From: an uncultured virus (IMG/VR IMGVR_UViG_3300008117_000028)
Taxonomy: Duplodnaviria; Heunggongvirae; Uroviricota; Caudoviricetes
Length of the DNA: 20,000 bases
Reading direction: 5' to 3' (one strand)
IMG/VR virus record: IMGVR_UViG_3300008117_000028
A program made the position numbers and the translations under genes. The notes below the pieces were generated by a model. It saw nothing but the letters and a program-made list of their open reading frames with translations, was not told the origin of the DNA and made no database searches. This document shows positions 8,225 through 18,743 of this stretch, piece by piece; the stretch's first letter is position 1; each line of letters begins with the position of its first letter.

Positions 8225-8233
8225 ATTATACCA
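8225..8233 (-). promoter_or_regulatory. Extended -10 promoter, probably producing a leaderless mRNA
   Basis: TGGTATAAT on the minus strand, 7 nt upstream of ATG 8217. No SD and no recognisable -35. Confidence 0.65.
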
Positions 8234-8241
8234 TTTTAAAA

Positions 8242-9897
8242 CTATAAAGTTCTACAGGATAACTCCGTCTCCAATCCTTCAGAATATCTATGCTTTACCT
8301 CTGTAACAATGAAGCTTTCTGTTCCTGCTAGTCCTTGATAAGTATATTTAATTGAAACAATGTCTCCTACAGAAATTAAAGGGTTTCCAAATATTTTCAT
8401 ATTAACTATTTTACCTCTGTTAATAACATTGTTTTTAATCCAATTTGCTAAAGACTTTACATCTGCCTCATTTTGTAACCAAAATGATTTAAATGTAACT
8501 GGTTCTTTTGTAACATAATCATTTAGTTCATCTGTACTATATATTAGTTCTCCAGAGTCTCCTAGATCATTACCCCATAAAACAAATGCCGCTTCAGCCC
8601 CGTTTGATAAAGGAATAGTGGTAGATGTATTATTCATAACAAATGCTTGAGATCCAAAGTTAGAAACTTTTTGCCCAAGTATTTTAGCAAAAGGATTTAT
8701 TCCTGTACTCCATTTTACTGGATATGATGGTCTCTTAGAAAAAGAAACATCTGTTTTTACAATTTCTCTTATTACGGTTCCAAACTCATCAACAGCAGTA
8801 GCCCTTTTATTACCTGAAGCAATCTCATCTTCTCCGTAATTTGCCATGTAAGATAAATCTCCGTATGAAGTATTTATTAAATCATTACTAAATTGTCCTT
8901 GATATATATTTAATTCTAAAAATCTGTCATCATATTGATAATCTTTTAAAGTATTTGCATATGCATAATCAAATGCAACTTGACCTCTTGAACAGACTAA
9001 TCCAATTTTTTTACTTGGTGCTAAAATAACAGATTTAACTTGAACAGCATTATTAATTTTATATGTTGTATCTGTGGCTGATATTCTGTAGCCATTTATA
9101 AAAGCATCAATAAATACTGTTTGATTATCAATCTTAACTTTAATATCAATATTATATGTTCTTCCTCCATAAATACCCTCTATAGTAGATTCAGTTCTTG
9201 TACCTATTTCTTTTAATGGAATTTTATTGCTTCCAACCCATTTTTCTATTCTTACTGATTTTTTATCTAATACAGCTGAAGCTGAAGTAGTTGATTCTAA
9301 AATTAAGTAATAGCCACTAGTTCCAGAGCTATTTAAAAAGAATCCTATCCCACCAGACTGTTTGGTATTATCTAAAATATTATCCATTAATATACTAGTT
9401 CCAAAAGAAAAGTATCCAGTATTATATGAGTTTCCATTAACAGAAGATACTGTTTTAACTGTAGGTACCTCTATTGAATCAAAATCTCTATAAAATAAAG
9501 CAGATTGTTTTTTTGCATATTGAGTTTCGGTTACTGCTAGTTGTAAATAAGATTTGCTGACTTTAAAATCTTGCCTTGTTGGAGAAACCGTTTGTCCTCC
9601 ATAATTTGTTAAAGTGCTAAATCTTTTTTCCCAACGACCTCTTGGATCAAACACTCCATTTAAAGATGGTATAACAACTGCTTTATAAGAAGTTCCACTT
9701 AATAAATTACTTATTGTAATTGGTTGAGATTGTGTATCAAAATTTTGTATTGTCGTTTCATATTGATCAAATTCTCTAATAATAAGAACATTATAATTAG
9801 TAGGATCGCTTAAACCTGGATATGTTTCTGCAGTAATAACTGCTCCATTTTCAGATGGATTTATAACTAAATCAAGTATTGCTGTATACGTACTCAT
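8242..9897 (-). CDS. Minor tail protein carrying the C-terminal part of a baseplate hub (Tal-like), plus FN3-like and lectin-like domains
   Basis: Start placed at ATG 9897 (TAATG overlap with the upstream stop; AGGAG at 9908..9912), giving 551 aa. C-terminal 'GNPLISVGDIVSI...FIVTEVKHRY..GLETEL' is the characteristic final hub beta-domain. Confidence 0.7.
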   Translation of the reverse strand: MSTYTAILDLVINPSENGAVITAETYPGLSDPTNYNVLIIREFDQYETTIQNFDTQSQPITISNLLSGTSYKAVVIPSLNGVFDPRGRWEKRFSTLTNYGGQTVSPTRQDFKVSKSYLQLAVTETQYAKKQSALFYRDFDSIEVPTVKTVSSVNGNSYNTGYFSFGTSILMDNILDNTKQSGGIGFFLNSSGTSGYYLILESTTSASAVLDKKSVRIEKWVGSNKIPLKEIGTRTESTIEGIYGGRTYNIDIKVKIDNQTVFIDAFINGYRISATDTTYKINNAVQVKSVILAPSKKIGLVCSRGQVAFDYAYANTLKDYQYDDRFLELNIYQGQFSNDLINTSYGDLSYMANYGEDEIASGNKRATAVDEFGTVIREIVKTDVSFSKRPSYPVKWSTGINPFAKILGQKVSNFGSQAFVMNNTSTTIPLSNGAEAAFVLWGNDLGDSGELIYSTDELNDYVTKEPVTFKSFWLQNEADVKSLANWIKNNVINRGKIVNMKIFGNPLISVGDIVSIKYTYQGLAGTESFIVTEVKHRYSEGLETELSCRTL

Positions 9898-11891
9898 TAT
9901 AATAAAACTCCTGTCCATGCATACTGAGTTGATGGAACACCACTAGAATTATGTGCTGCGGCTGTAGTACCTAAAGCTCCTCTAGTTTTAATTCTATATC
10001 TACCATTTGGTTTAATATAAATATCCGACGCTATATTTTCTGATCCAGGTTTTGCAAAATTTGTATATTTATTTAAATCAGCAGCATTTTCAATCCATAT
10101 GTTAATAAATGTTAAGTCGTTTGAATCTTTTGGAACATATTGATATCCCATTGCATCATACTCAATTATTTCAGAATCTACTAAAAAGTATCCATTAAAA
10201 TTAAATCCTGATTGAAATTTACTATACTTATCTAATGTTTCAAATTTAATTGCTAGATATTGATTACCAGAAGCGCTTAGAGGTTCCAGAAGTCCTCCTG
10301 CTACTAAAAATTTAGTAGGTGATTGCCAAAGAGGTCCAGATGTTCCTAAATATGAAGTAGATGTTGGAGTAGACCAAATTACTTTAACTTGATTTGCAGA
10401 GGCTATTTCTTTTTGTGAAAAATCAACTATGTTTGGCAAAATACTAGATTCTGCTTCGTAATAAAAATTCCAATCTTTTGTTGTACGACCATACATGTAA
10501 TTTCTGCTATAAAATTGTAAAATATCATTTTCATCAACAATAGCATTCATTTGTATATCTCTACATATTTCCTGGATATACTCCCAGACTGTTTTTGATC
10601 CATCTGTCCAAAAATAATTAATTAAGGGAACAGAAGAGTCTGTTTCTGATGTAAGATTAAATTTATAATTTGTATATCCTACAGAATCTAAAAGTCTACG
10701 TATTACTGCTGTAGCTGGGTAAAATTCACATAGAACATCTGGGCATATCACTTCCATTAAATACTTTGCCGAATCTAATGCATTAACAGAAACCTCTCCA
10801 TATGCACCGATATTCCATTCATCTACATAAAATTGACCTTGATATATTTTGTCATATTTTTCTAAACCTTCAGTTATTGCTCCGTCAGCATGATATATTT
10901 TAAAATAAGGAGTTAATTTTGCATTCTTTACCATATAAGTTAAAGAAGAATTTAAGGCAACAGATCTATTGTAGGAAGCATATTGCAAAGATGTTTGATT
11001 GTATTTAATTAAATTTAAAGATATATTATTTGATGTTACCTTGCCAACTGGCAATAAATCTTCTGAGCTTGATGATGCCTCTTTGCTTATATCAAATGAC
11101 TCAACATCGTCAGATATATCTTTTACCCATCTTGCAGAAATTTCAATAAGACCAATAATTCTATCTGTTCCTGCGCTTGGCGTTGTGATATTAATTGATT
11201 TTATAGATACTGGGTTAGCAAATGAATATGGTTCTGATAATTGATTTGCTGACCATGTAGTTCCATTATAGTATAAATTTACTATTCCATTTGCTGGGGT
11301 AGATAAAGAACTTGCAATTGTTTCTTGAGTATTATCTGATTTAGTTATTTTAATTGTATATGAAGATGGCAAGCTATGTGTCTTTTCAAATTTAATAACT
11401 ATTTTATTTGTTAGGGCAAATTTTGTACCAGATGTTAAATAATTAACTGTTACATCTACTCCAGTATTTTGTGGAGTAACCCAATATTTATAATAGGTGC
11501 TTGCTCCTGGATAATATATTCTTGGCTGGCTTTCTGGATAGCTGACTGATCTATATGAAGAAAAACTATTTTTAGGAACATCTGTTCCAGATCCGTTGCT
11601 AACTTTTTCTAATATAAAATATTTAATTCCTGAATTTTCTGGTCTAAATGGTTTTACTATAGAGTCTACAGGAAATAATTTTTTATATGGATTTGGTCTA
11701 CTTGCTGGCCATACCTGTTGATCTGCTGCGTTAACAATTTGTGAAGTATATAAAGAGTCTGATATATTATTTGTAACAGATATTCCATCTAACATAGTAT
11801 TCATATTATATTCAATATAACACCCAGATTTAATAATAACGCTGGCTTTATTATAAAATATATTTTTTAATGCAGTAGAAGAAGTTATCAT
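9897..11891 (-). CDS. Baseplate hub / Tal-like minor tail protein (N-terminal part)
   Basis: 664 aa, second gene after the TMP. Hub-like motifs 'GQFYVDEW...VNALD..KYL' and 'TVWEYIQEICR......VDENDILQF'. Confidence 0.7.
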   Translation of the reverse strand: MITSSTALKNIFYNKASVIIKSGCYIEYNMNTMLDGISVTNNISDSLYTSQIVNAADQQVWPASRPNPYKKLFPVDSIVKPFRPENSGIKYFILEKVSNGSGTDVPKNSFSSYRSVSYPESQPRIYYPGASTYYKYWVTPQNTGVDVTVNYLTSGTKFALTNKIVIKFEKTHSLPSSYTIKITKSDNTQETIASSLSTPANGIVNLYYNGTTWSANQLSEPYSFANPVSIKSINITTPSAGTDRIIGLIEISARWVKDISDDVESFDISKEASSSSEDLLPVGKVTSNNISLNLIKYNQTSLQYASYNRSVALNSSLTYMVKNAKLTPYFKIYHADGAITEGLEKYDKIYQGQFYVDEWNIGAYGEVSVNALDSAKYLMEVICPDVLCEFYPATAVIRRLLDSVGYTNYKFNLTSETDSSVPLINYFWTDGSKTVWEYIQEICRDIQMNAIVDENDILQFYSRNYMYGRTTKDWNFYYEAESSILPNIVDFSQKEIASANQVKVIWSTPTSTSYLGTSGPLWQSPTKFLVAGGLLEPLSASGNQYLAIKFETLDKYSKFQSGFNFNGYFLVDSEIIEYDAMGYQYVPKDSNDLTFINIWIENAADLNKYTNFAKPGSENIASDIYIKPNGRYRIKTRGALGTTAAAHNSSGVPSTQYAWTGVLL

Positions 11892-11892
11892 G

Positions 11893-12366
11893 TTAAACCT
11901 CTACCATTGTTAAGGAAACGTTCCAAAATGGCTGTAGGCCTCTTTTTAGTACGATAAAATTACATTCTCCAAACATTACACTGTATTGTTCGTAATTAAC
12001 TGATTCCTGATTTGTTCCATCTTTTGCAAAATTTATCCTAATATTAAAAGAAGATTTTCCTTCTGTGCTATTATAGAATGTCCTTAAGTCTTCTGCTCCC
12101 CAGGCTCCATCTACAGTTAATGTTCTGTATGATGGCAACATATCCCATGATAAATTAAAAGTTTTTTTATCTGCAACGAAGTATTTTCTTAATGTACCAT
12201 TTCCCATTCTTGTTTGTTTTTCTATTCTTTCTGGAGTGATATCAAACTGGGATCTATTATGTTCTGTTACTTTATTATATTTTAATGTGCCATCGCCGCC
12301 ATTAGTGGTTGAATCGTAACCTTGTATTTGAAGAATAGATCCTCTTGGAACAATTAATGCGCTCAT
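11893..12366 (-). CDS. Distal tail protein (Dit-like)
   Basis: 157 aa directly after the TMP with ATGA overlap. Tail-tube-like pattern 'RMGNGTLRKYFVADKKTFNLSW...WNVSLTMVEV'. Confidence 0.75.
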   Translation of the reverse strand: MSALIVPRGSILQIQGYDSTTNGGDGTLKYNKVTEHNRSQFDITPERIEKQTRMGNGTLRKYFVADKKTFNLSWDMLPSYRTLTVDGAWGAEDLRTFYNSTEGKSSFNIRINFAKDGTNQESVNYEQYSVMFGECNFIVLKRGLQPFWNVSLTMVEV

Positions 12367-15300
12367 ACAAATAACCTATTTCTTCCTTCTTTAGTTTCAA
12401 TCATTCTCATTCTAGCTTCAATTGCTTTTGCAACATCGTCTGGCGATAGGTTGCTTCCATTAAGTGTAACATTAATATTATATAATGAATTAGATGTAGA
12501 GGCTAATCCAGCTTGATTCATATTAACTCTTCCACCCATGGACATTCTTGGAATATTGTATTTTGTTGCTAAGCCACCCATTGCCATTTTATTAATTCTA
12601 TCTAGTGTTGGGGTTCCTATAGATTTAACTGCTGCTGCTCTAATTACATATTCACCATTAGAAAGCATTGCTGGAATAGAATCGGATGTTCCTGTACCTG
12701 GACCAGATACATATCCTGCAGAAGAATATCTCTTAACCATTCCGCCTAATGCAAGTGTGGCTACGCCAACATTGCTCTTAGAAGTTGTATTTTTATTTGT
12801 ATCAAATTCATATATTAATCCGTCAACAGTGCTTACTGCATAGGTTTTACCGCCAAAACTAAATAGCCTATATGACTTACCAACGCCTGCTGCTGATGCT
12901 GAATTTCTATCATTAAATGCTTTTCCTGCTGCTGCATTTAATGTTTTAGCATCATAAACCTTAGCTGTACCAGTAGTATTTAATCCACCAGCTGCAGTCT
13001 TTCCAGATACAGAATCATATGATTTATCTGATGCTGTTTTTCCTGCATCTAGATTAACTCCTTCATTTTTAATTGCAGCTAAAATATCTTTTAGATATTG
13101 ATTTGATTTTCCAATTGCATTTACAACAAGGTTATCTGATCCTTTTTGTAGTGCTTTTAATAAAGCAGCGCCTTGTGTTGTATTAGGATCAATATCTGTT
13201 CTTCTAGTTTCTCTATCTTCACGAACTAAGTTTCCTGCTGATCCTGTTACACCTAGATCTGCTAAGTACTTCTTTCCGCCTGGAGTTTGCTCTAACTGTC
13301 TAATTAAATCATTAAGCCTCTTCATGGCTTCTTTTTCATCTATATTACCTAATGAGAATTCTTTGTATACTCCCTGAATTTGTTGATATGTAGAAGCATA
13401 TGGAGATTCTTTTGGTTTATTATTTGCAGCAGCATTTGATGCTGCTGTTGATTTTTTATTTAATACATCTATTTGAGCTTGTAATGCATCTATCTTTGCC
13501 TGTACTGCTGCATCTATAGCATCTTCGGCTGCCTTTAATTGTTGCTGTCCTACAAGTCTTTGAATATTTATTTGAGCCTGTGCAGCAGATGCCATGTCTC
13601 CAGAAGCAAGAGCTATTTGATAATTTAATTGCTCTTGTTGAATTTGTAATTTAACATCTTCAATTTGTTGCTGGTCTCTTAAGGCTTTCTTTCTTGCTTC
13701 GCCTTCTTTTTTAATTTGATCAATTTGTTTATTTTTTAAATCAATTTGATCTTGTAAATTTTGTACAGTTATTTTACCTGCAGATTGTTGCTTTTTATTA
13801 AATGCATCAATATCTTTTGCAAGTTTGCCAGTCATAATATTGCTTTGAGCTTCTTTACTTGATACATCAAGCAATTTATTATAATAAGCACCTATTGCTT
13901 CTGATGCTGCTGCAAAATCTTTTAGTTGTTGATTTGTTAATCCATTTAAATCTCTTTGAACTCCAGCAAGGGATAGTCTCCATTTTGCCAAAGCTGTTCC
14001 TATGTCATCAGATGTGCTTAATATTGCAGCAAGCATAGGGTTTGTTTTAGCTATTTCATTTATTTGCTGTTCTGTTAACTTAACATTAGCCTGATTAGAT
14101 TTTCCTATTGCATCGAATTGTTCTTTTAATGCAGCTGATTTATCTTTAGCATTACCAATATAGTCTCCCATAGATGTAAATATTTGTAGCATTCCTGCTG
14201 CTCTATCTTTTGCGTCTTTAAACCTTGACATAGACTTGAGCATAGAATCTATAGCAGTTTTTGCATCTGTTATTCCAGCTAAACCTTGTCCGCCTAATAC
14301 TACTTGTATAAATCCAGCCTTACCTGATTCTGCAAGCAATGCTGCAATTTTAGCATTTGCTTTTGCAGCTGAGTCTCCTGCTGCAACAAATTGAGCTTTT
14401 AATCCTTCAGCAACTTGACTTAATTTATCTGATGGTGTTTGATTAAATAGCTTAACAAGTTCTGGATGTGTAGATTTAACTTTTTCTCTTAAATCTGCAA
14501 ATTGTTTAATTGTTAATGTTAATCCAGAAATTCCAGCTGAATTCATTTGAGCATGTAATAATTCTGCAGTTGCTCTTGTATCTTCAATATTTTTAATAAC
14601 CTGCTTTAATTCAGAATCAAAATCTTTAATTGGCTTTACTCCGCCAGAAAATGCCAATCTATTTATTCTTGAAAATTCTTCTACTCTTGATTTTAATTTC
14701 ATTAATCCAGCGGTTACGCCAATTACTGCCGCACCAGCCATAACATATGGATTTGATATTATTGGACCTAATCTTGAAAAGATTCCTGCAGAGGCCATTC
14801 CTTGTTTGTTTACTGCAGATATTTTTTGAGTAAGTGATGTGAATACTGCAGGAGCAAGAATAGAACCAGCAATTGATCCCATTGTGCCACCAAATTGTCC
14901 ACCTAATGTTGCTCCGCCCATCATGGCGCCCATATATCCTAAGTTTTGTCCAATACCACCAAGCATTGAAGGTTTAACTGGTCCACCGTCTTGATATCCT
15001 GGAACAAGTCCTCCAGAATTCATTCTGAGTCTTCCGCCAAATAATTTAGTTGTTAGAGGTAATAGATTTGACCATCTACCTCCACCATATCTTGCAGCTT
15101 GTCTTGCTGAATACTCTTCTGATCCTCTATTTATTGAGTATGGTACAGATTGTCCTGTTCTAACCCTTACTCTTTGTCTTGATACATTTGTTACATAAGC
15201 TTTCTTTAATGCGTCAGGTCTGAATTCAGAAGTTTTTGGATCAACAATAAATTCATTAATTAAGCCTCTTGTAATTGCTTGATGAGTTGCTCCTTGATTA

Positions 15301-18300
15301 AATGCTTTTGTGGTTTTAGCTAATTCTTCTTGATAGAATAAATTAAAATCTTTTGTTGAAGAAACACCTCTAGCTTTTGCGCTTGCAACAGCAATTCTTT
15401 TTATTAAATCAGATTGATAATCTTTACGGTCAAAGAAAGAAGCAACAGCAGGGATACCTATTGCTTTATAGAATTTTGACACCCTTTGTGCATCAGAATT
15501 TGTAAGTGGAATTATGTCTCCACGTAAATGCCTTGGAAGCTTCATATTTTCTGCTATTCTGATTGATCTTTCTGCACTACTTCCATCCCAAGCCATAGCC
15601 ATTAAATTATTTATATTTCTAGGTATCGCTGCAGTTGTTCCCTGACCAAATCCTTGGAATGTTAAGCTGGTCAATCTCTTTGGATCTTGTCCTGCTGCAA
15701 CTAATGCCTTTTGAATTGCTGGGTCTTCTAACAATTGATAAGATCTCATTAAGTGTGCTGATTGTAAATCAGATAGTCCGCCATCATTAAAGTTTGGTCC
15801 GCCTTTTCCATAACCCTCATTGATCGCAGTCAATAAAGGTAAGTTAGCAGCAGTAGCTTCTTTATTTACAACAAACTCTCCAGGAGTAAGAACTGCTGGG
15901 ACGCTGTCTGTATTTCCTGTTCCTGGAACTATGCTTCCACGATTCATTCTCTTTGGGTTAGTAGTTTCTATAGAATATCCGCCACCCCAAGTCTTTACAC
16001 CAGTTGCTCTAGCAATTGCATCAAGCATTCGTTTTACTGGTCTTCCTGATCTAAACAATTCTCTTAAATTAGATTTACCAGATTTATCAACTATAGGTTG
16101 ATTTAGTAATGGAACTGCTGTTAAGTTTGCAGTTCTACCCATTTGCTGTGCTGTTTGTGTTGTAGTCTGTATCATTGCTTGTTCTAATTGTGCATTGATA
16201 CGAATAATTTCTGCTTGTGCTTGATCTACACGCATTTTACCAGCCATTGTTTGTCTTACAATTGCTTGAGATTCAAGTACTGCATTATCTATTACTCTAG
16301 TCATTGCTGGTAATATTGTAGAATAGCTTGTCAAAAACTCTTGACTTACTGTTCCTGTTGTTGAAATTTCTTTCTTTAATGTTGCAACTTCTTGCTTAGT
16401 TTGCATAGAAAGAGCTGCCATTAATGAGTGCCACTTAGCTGCTTCTCCAGCAACAATACCTGTTGATACTCCACCTTGTGTTGTCAATCCAGGAATATCT
16501 GGCATATTTTGATATGTAAAGATTTGTGGTGCCTGTCCTATTTTTTGATTAACAAGTATTGGATTAGGAGTAACAGAGTGAATTGTTTGTGCGTCTCTTT
16601 GAGACTTTGTCATTCTTCCTCTTGGCCTAGAATGAGCAGCAGCTCTTTCATCTATTTTACCAATAAGAGGATGCGCTGGATTTGCAATTCTTTCTTGTTT
16701 ACTTAATACTAATGGTGTTCCGCCTACTGTTGATACTCCTGGATTTGTTGCTATAATTGCATTATTTGCATCCGCTGCAAGTTTTGTATATGAAGCAGAT
16801 AGTCTAGTTATTGCTTGATTTAATATATCTGCAGCTTTTGCATCGCTATAGAATGTTGTTTCTGCAAGTGCACCTGCTTTATTAGCAGCTAATATTTCTG
16901 GTGTGAGTAATCTCCATCCTTCTCCACCTTTAAATAGTGCTCTAAAATGTGATACACCTTTTATGATATAGCCAAAGAAGTTTCCAAGTACACCAGTTAA
17001 CATAATAAGTGGACCAGCTACAGCCGTTAGTCCGCCAAATAAACTTAATATAGATTTAATTGGTCCTGGTAGTTTATTAACAAATTGTAAAATTCCATCA
17101 ACCATATTAATTAAATGAGTATTAATAGTTAAAAATTGTTCGCCAACGCCAGCTAGATCTGCTTTTAATCCTTCTAATGCTCTACGGTATTTACCAGAAG
17201 CAGATTCTGTAACCATACTTAATTCTCGACCTGCAATATTAGCCAGGTCTGCAGCGCTTGCATTCATTAAATCCATTACTTGTAGTGTCTGACTTCCTTG
17301 TTTTCCAAGATTTTCAAACAAAGCATTCATTCTTGAAAATTGGAATTTACCAAACAATTGTTCAATAGCCTGTTGTTTTTGTAAAGGATTTAATGTATCT
17401 AATGCTGCCTGTAAAGCCAATATAGTTTTAGTTGTGTCTCCTGCATTTTTTTGAACTATACCCTTTAAATCTATTCCAAATCCTGCAAACATTTCTGTTG
17501 CAACTTTTGTTGGATTAATTAAAGAAGCAAGGCCTGACTTTAATGCGTTAGCTCCTTCTGATGCGCTAATTCCACCTTCACGCATAGCTGTAAGATAAAG
17601 TGCAAGATCTTGTACGTCTCCACCAAGTCCTTTAATAATTGGACCAGCTTTAGGAATTGCTTCTACCAAGTCATTAAGAGTTGTTGATGTTTGGTTTTCA
17701 ACTGCGTTTAAAAAGTTAATTGATTCTGCTAATTGATCTGTATTTGATTTAAATGCAGATTGAATTGCAAGAGTTGCTTTCATTGCATCTTGACGATCTA
17801 CTTCACCAAGTACAGCAAGACGTGTTGTTTCTTTTATAGATCCAAGTAATTCATTTCCTTGTTTACCAGTTGCAGCAATATCAGCACCTAGAGCTAATGT
17901 TTCTTTAAATGATGATCCATATGCTTTAGATAATTCAGTTGCAGTTGCTGTTACGTCTTGTCTTACTTTTGCTAATTCTGCTGCTGAAGTTGCAGCAAGT
18001 CCGCCGTATACCTTAGTTAATCTTGTTAATTCTTGATCTGCTGCTCTAAATGCATCTGCTGATGCTTTACCAAATGCTGCTAACGGTATTGTTAAGCCTA
18101 CTGTTAACTGACGACCTGCCCACTGTGTATTTTTACCCCAGTTAATTAATGAATTAGCACCTTCTTGAACTACACGATTCATGATCTGTAATTCTTGTCT
18201 TGCTAATGCTGTTTTACTCTTTACTTTATCAAGTCCTGTTGGAATATGCACATTATATTGCATTAATCCTTCAGCATTTTTACCTAATGGCTGGAGTACT

Positions 18301-18743
18301 GCGTTCTGTAGCTGCACCTGTTGTTGTGCTAATTGCCTGATTAGTCCGCCGTTAGTTTTTAAATGACTTTGATATACTTGAAAAAACTGTCTTAATTTAA
18401 TTTGGCCCTTATCTAATTGAGAGCCAAACTTATCTACATCAGATGTTAAATTAACAAAATGTGTAGAAAATTGTCCAGTGCTTCGAAGTGTCTCGGCAAA
18501 AGAACGATTCATTACAGCAACTTGTGCTGATAAGTTTTTATTTAAAGCAAACTGACCTTGAAGTGACACTATATCATCTCCTTTTGCATTTATTCCTAGG
18601 GCCTTTCTTCGTATATCATCAAATGTAGGACCTTCTGTTTGTTCTTCTTCATTTAAGTTAACACCTTGAAGTGATGCTAAGAATCTTCTTTTTTCATCTT
18701 CAGTTTTTTGCATTGCCTTAAATGTTTGTATTAACTCTGGCAT
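12363..18743 (-). CDS. Tape measure protein (N-terminally fused to the chaperone T segment in this sequence)
   Basis: 2,126-aa Ala/Gln/Leu-rich helical ORF with a TP901-type TMP core (LAVLGEVD...GISASEGANALKSGLASLINPT...LFGK). It lies between the chaperone and the Dit-like gene and has a C-terminal GPGTGTSDSIPAMLSNGEYV motif. Confidence 0.9.
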   Translation of the reverse strand: MPELIQTFKAMQKTEDEKRRFLASLQGVNLNEEEQTEGPTFDDIRRKALGINAKGDDIVSLQGQFALNKNLSAQVAVMNRSFAETLRSTGQFSTHFVNLTSDVDKFGSQLDKGQIKLRQFFQVYQSHLKTNGGLIRQLAQQQVQLQNAVLQPLGKNAEGLMQYNVHIPTGLDKVKSKTALARQELQIMNRVVQEGANSLINWGKNTQWAGRQLTVGLTIPLAAFGKASADAFRAADQELTRLTKVYGGLAATSAAELAKVRQDVTATATELSKAYGSSFKETLALGADIAATGKQGNELLGSIKETTRLAVLGEVDRQDAMKATLAIQSAFKSNTDQLAESINFLNAVENQTSTTLNDLVEAIPKAGPIIKGLGGDVQDLALYLTAMREGGISASEGANALKSGLASLINPTKVATEMFAGFGIDLKGIVQKNAGDTTKTILALQAALDTLNPLQKQQAIEQLFGKFQFSRMNALFENLGKQGSQTLQVMDLMNASAADLANIAGRELSMVTESASGKYRRALEGLKADLAGVGEQFLTINTHLINMVDGILQFVNKLPGPIKSILSLFGGLTAVAGPLIMLTGVLGNFFGYIIKGVSHFRALFKGGEGWRLLTPEILAANKAGALAETTFYSDAKAADILNQAITRLSASYTKLAADANNAIIATNPGVSTVGGTPLVLSKQERIANPAHPLIGKIDERAAAHSRPRGRMTKSQRDAQTIHSVTPNPILVNQKIGQAPQIFTYQNMPDIPGLTTQGGVSTGIVAGEAAKWHSLMAALSMQTKQEVATLKKEISTTGTVSQEFLTSYSTILPAMTRVIDNAVLESQAIVRQTMAGKMRVDQAQAEIIRINAQLEQAMIQTTTQTAQQMGRTANLTAVPLLNQPIVDKSGKSNLRELFRSGRPVKRMLDAIARATGVKTWGGGYSIETTNPKRMNRGSIVPGTGNTDSVPAVLTPGEFVVNKEATAANLPLLTAINEGYGKGGPNFNDGGLSDLQSAHLMRSYQLLEDPAIQKALVAAGQDPKRLTSLTFQGFGQGTTAAIPRNINNLMAMAWDGSSAERSIRIAENMKLPRHLRGDIIPLTNSDAQRVSKFYKAIGIPAVASFFDRKDYQSDLIKRIAVASAKARGVSSTKDFNLFYQEELAKTTKAFNQGATHQAITRGLINEFIVDPKTSEFRPDALKKAYVTNVSRQRVRVRTGQSVPYSINRGSEEYSARQAARYGGGRWSNLLPLTTKLFGGRLRMNSGGLVPGYQDGGPVKPSMLGGIGQNLGYMGAMMGGATLGGQFGGTMGSIAGSILAPAVFTSLTQKISAVNKQGMASAGIFSRLGPIISNPYVMAGAAVIGVTAGLMKLKSRVEEFSRINRLAFSGGVKPIKDFDSELKQVIKNIEDTRATAELLHAQMNSAGISGLTLTIKQFADLREKVKSTHPELVKLFNQTPSDKLSQVAEGLKAQFVAAGDSAAKANAKIAALLAESGKAGFIQVVLGGQGLAGITDAKTAIDSMLKSMSRFKDAKDRAAGMLQIFTSMGDYIGNAKDKSAALKEQFDAIGKSNQANVKLTEQQINEIAKTNPMLAAILSTSDDIGTALAKWRLSLAGVQRDLNGLTNQQLKDFAAASEAIGAYYNKLLDVSSKEAQSNIMTGKLAKDIDAFNKKQQSAGKITVQNLQDQIDLKNKQIDQIKKEGEARKKALRDQQQIEDVKLQIQQEQLNYQIALASGDMASAAQAQINIQRLVGQQQLKAAEDAIDAAVQAKIDALQAQIDVLNKKSTAASNAAANNKPKESPYASTYQQIQGVYKEFSLGNIDEKEAMKRLNDLIRQLEQTPGGKKYLADLGVTGSAGNLVREDRETRRTDIDPNTTQGAALLKALQKGSDNLVVNAIGKSNQYLKDILAAIKNEGVNLDAGKTASDKSYDSVSGKTAAGGLNTTGTAKVYDAKTLNAAAGKAFNDRNSASAAGVGKSYRLFSFGGKTYAVSTVDGLIYEFDTNKNTTSKSNVGVATLALGGMVKRYSSAGYVSGPGTGTSDSIPAMLSNGEYVIRAAAVKSIGTPTLDRINKMAMGGLATKYNIPRMSMGGRVNMNQAGLASTSNSLYNINVTLNGSNLSPDDVAKAIEARMRMIETKEGRNRLFV

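Noticed and set aside
9898..9918. Start of the 558-aa ORF at 9918
   Set aside because: ATG 9897 has TAATG coupling and a well-placed AGGAG.
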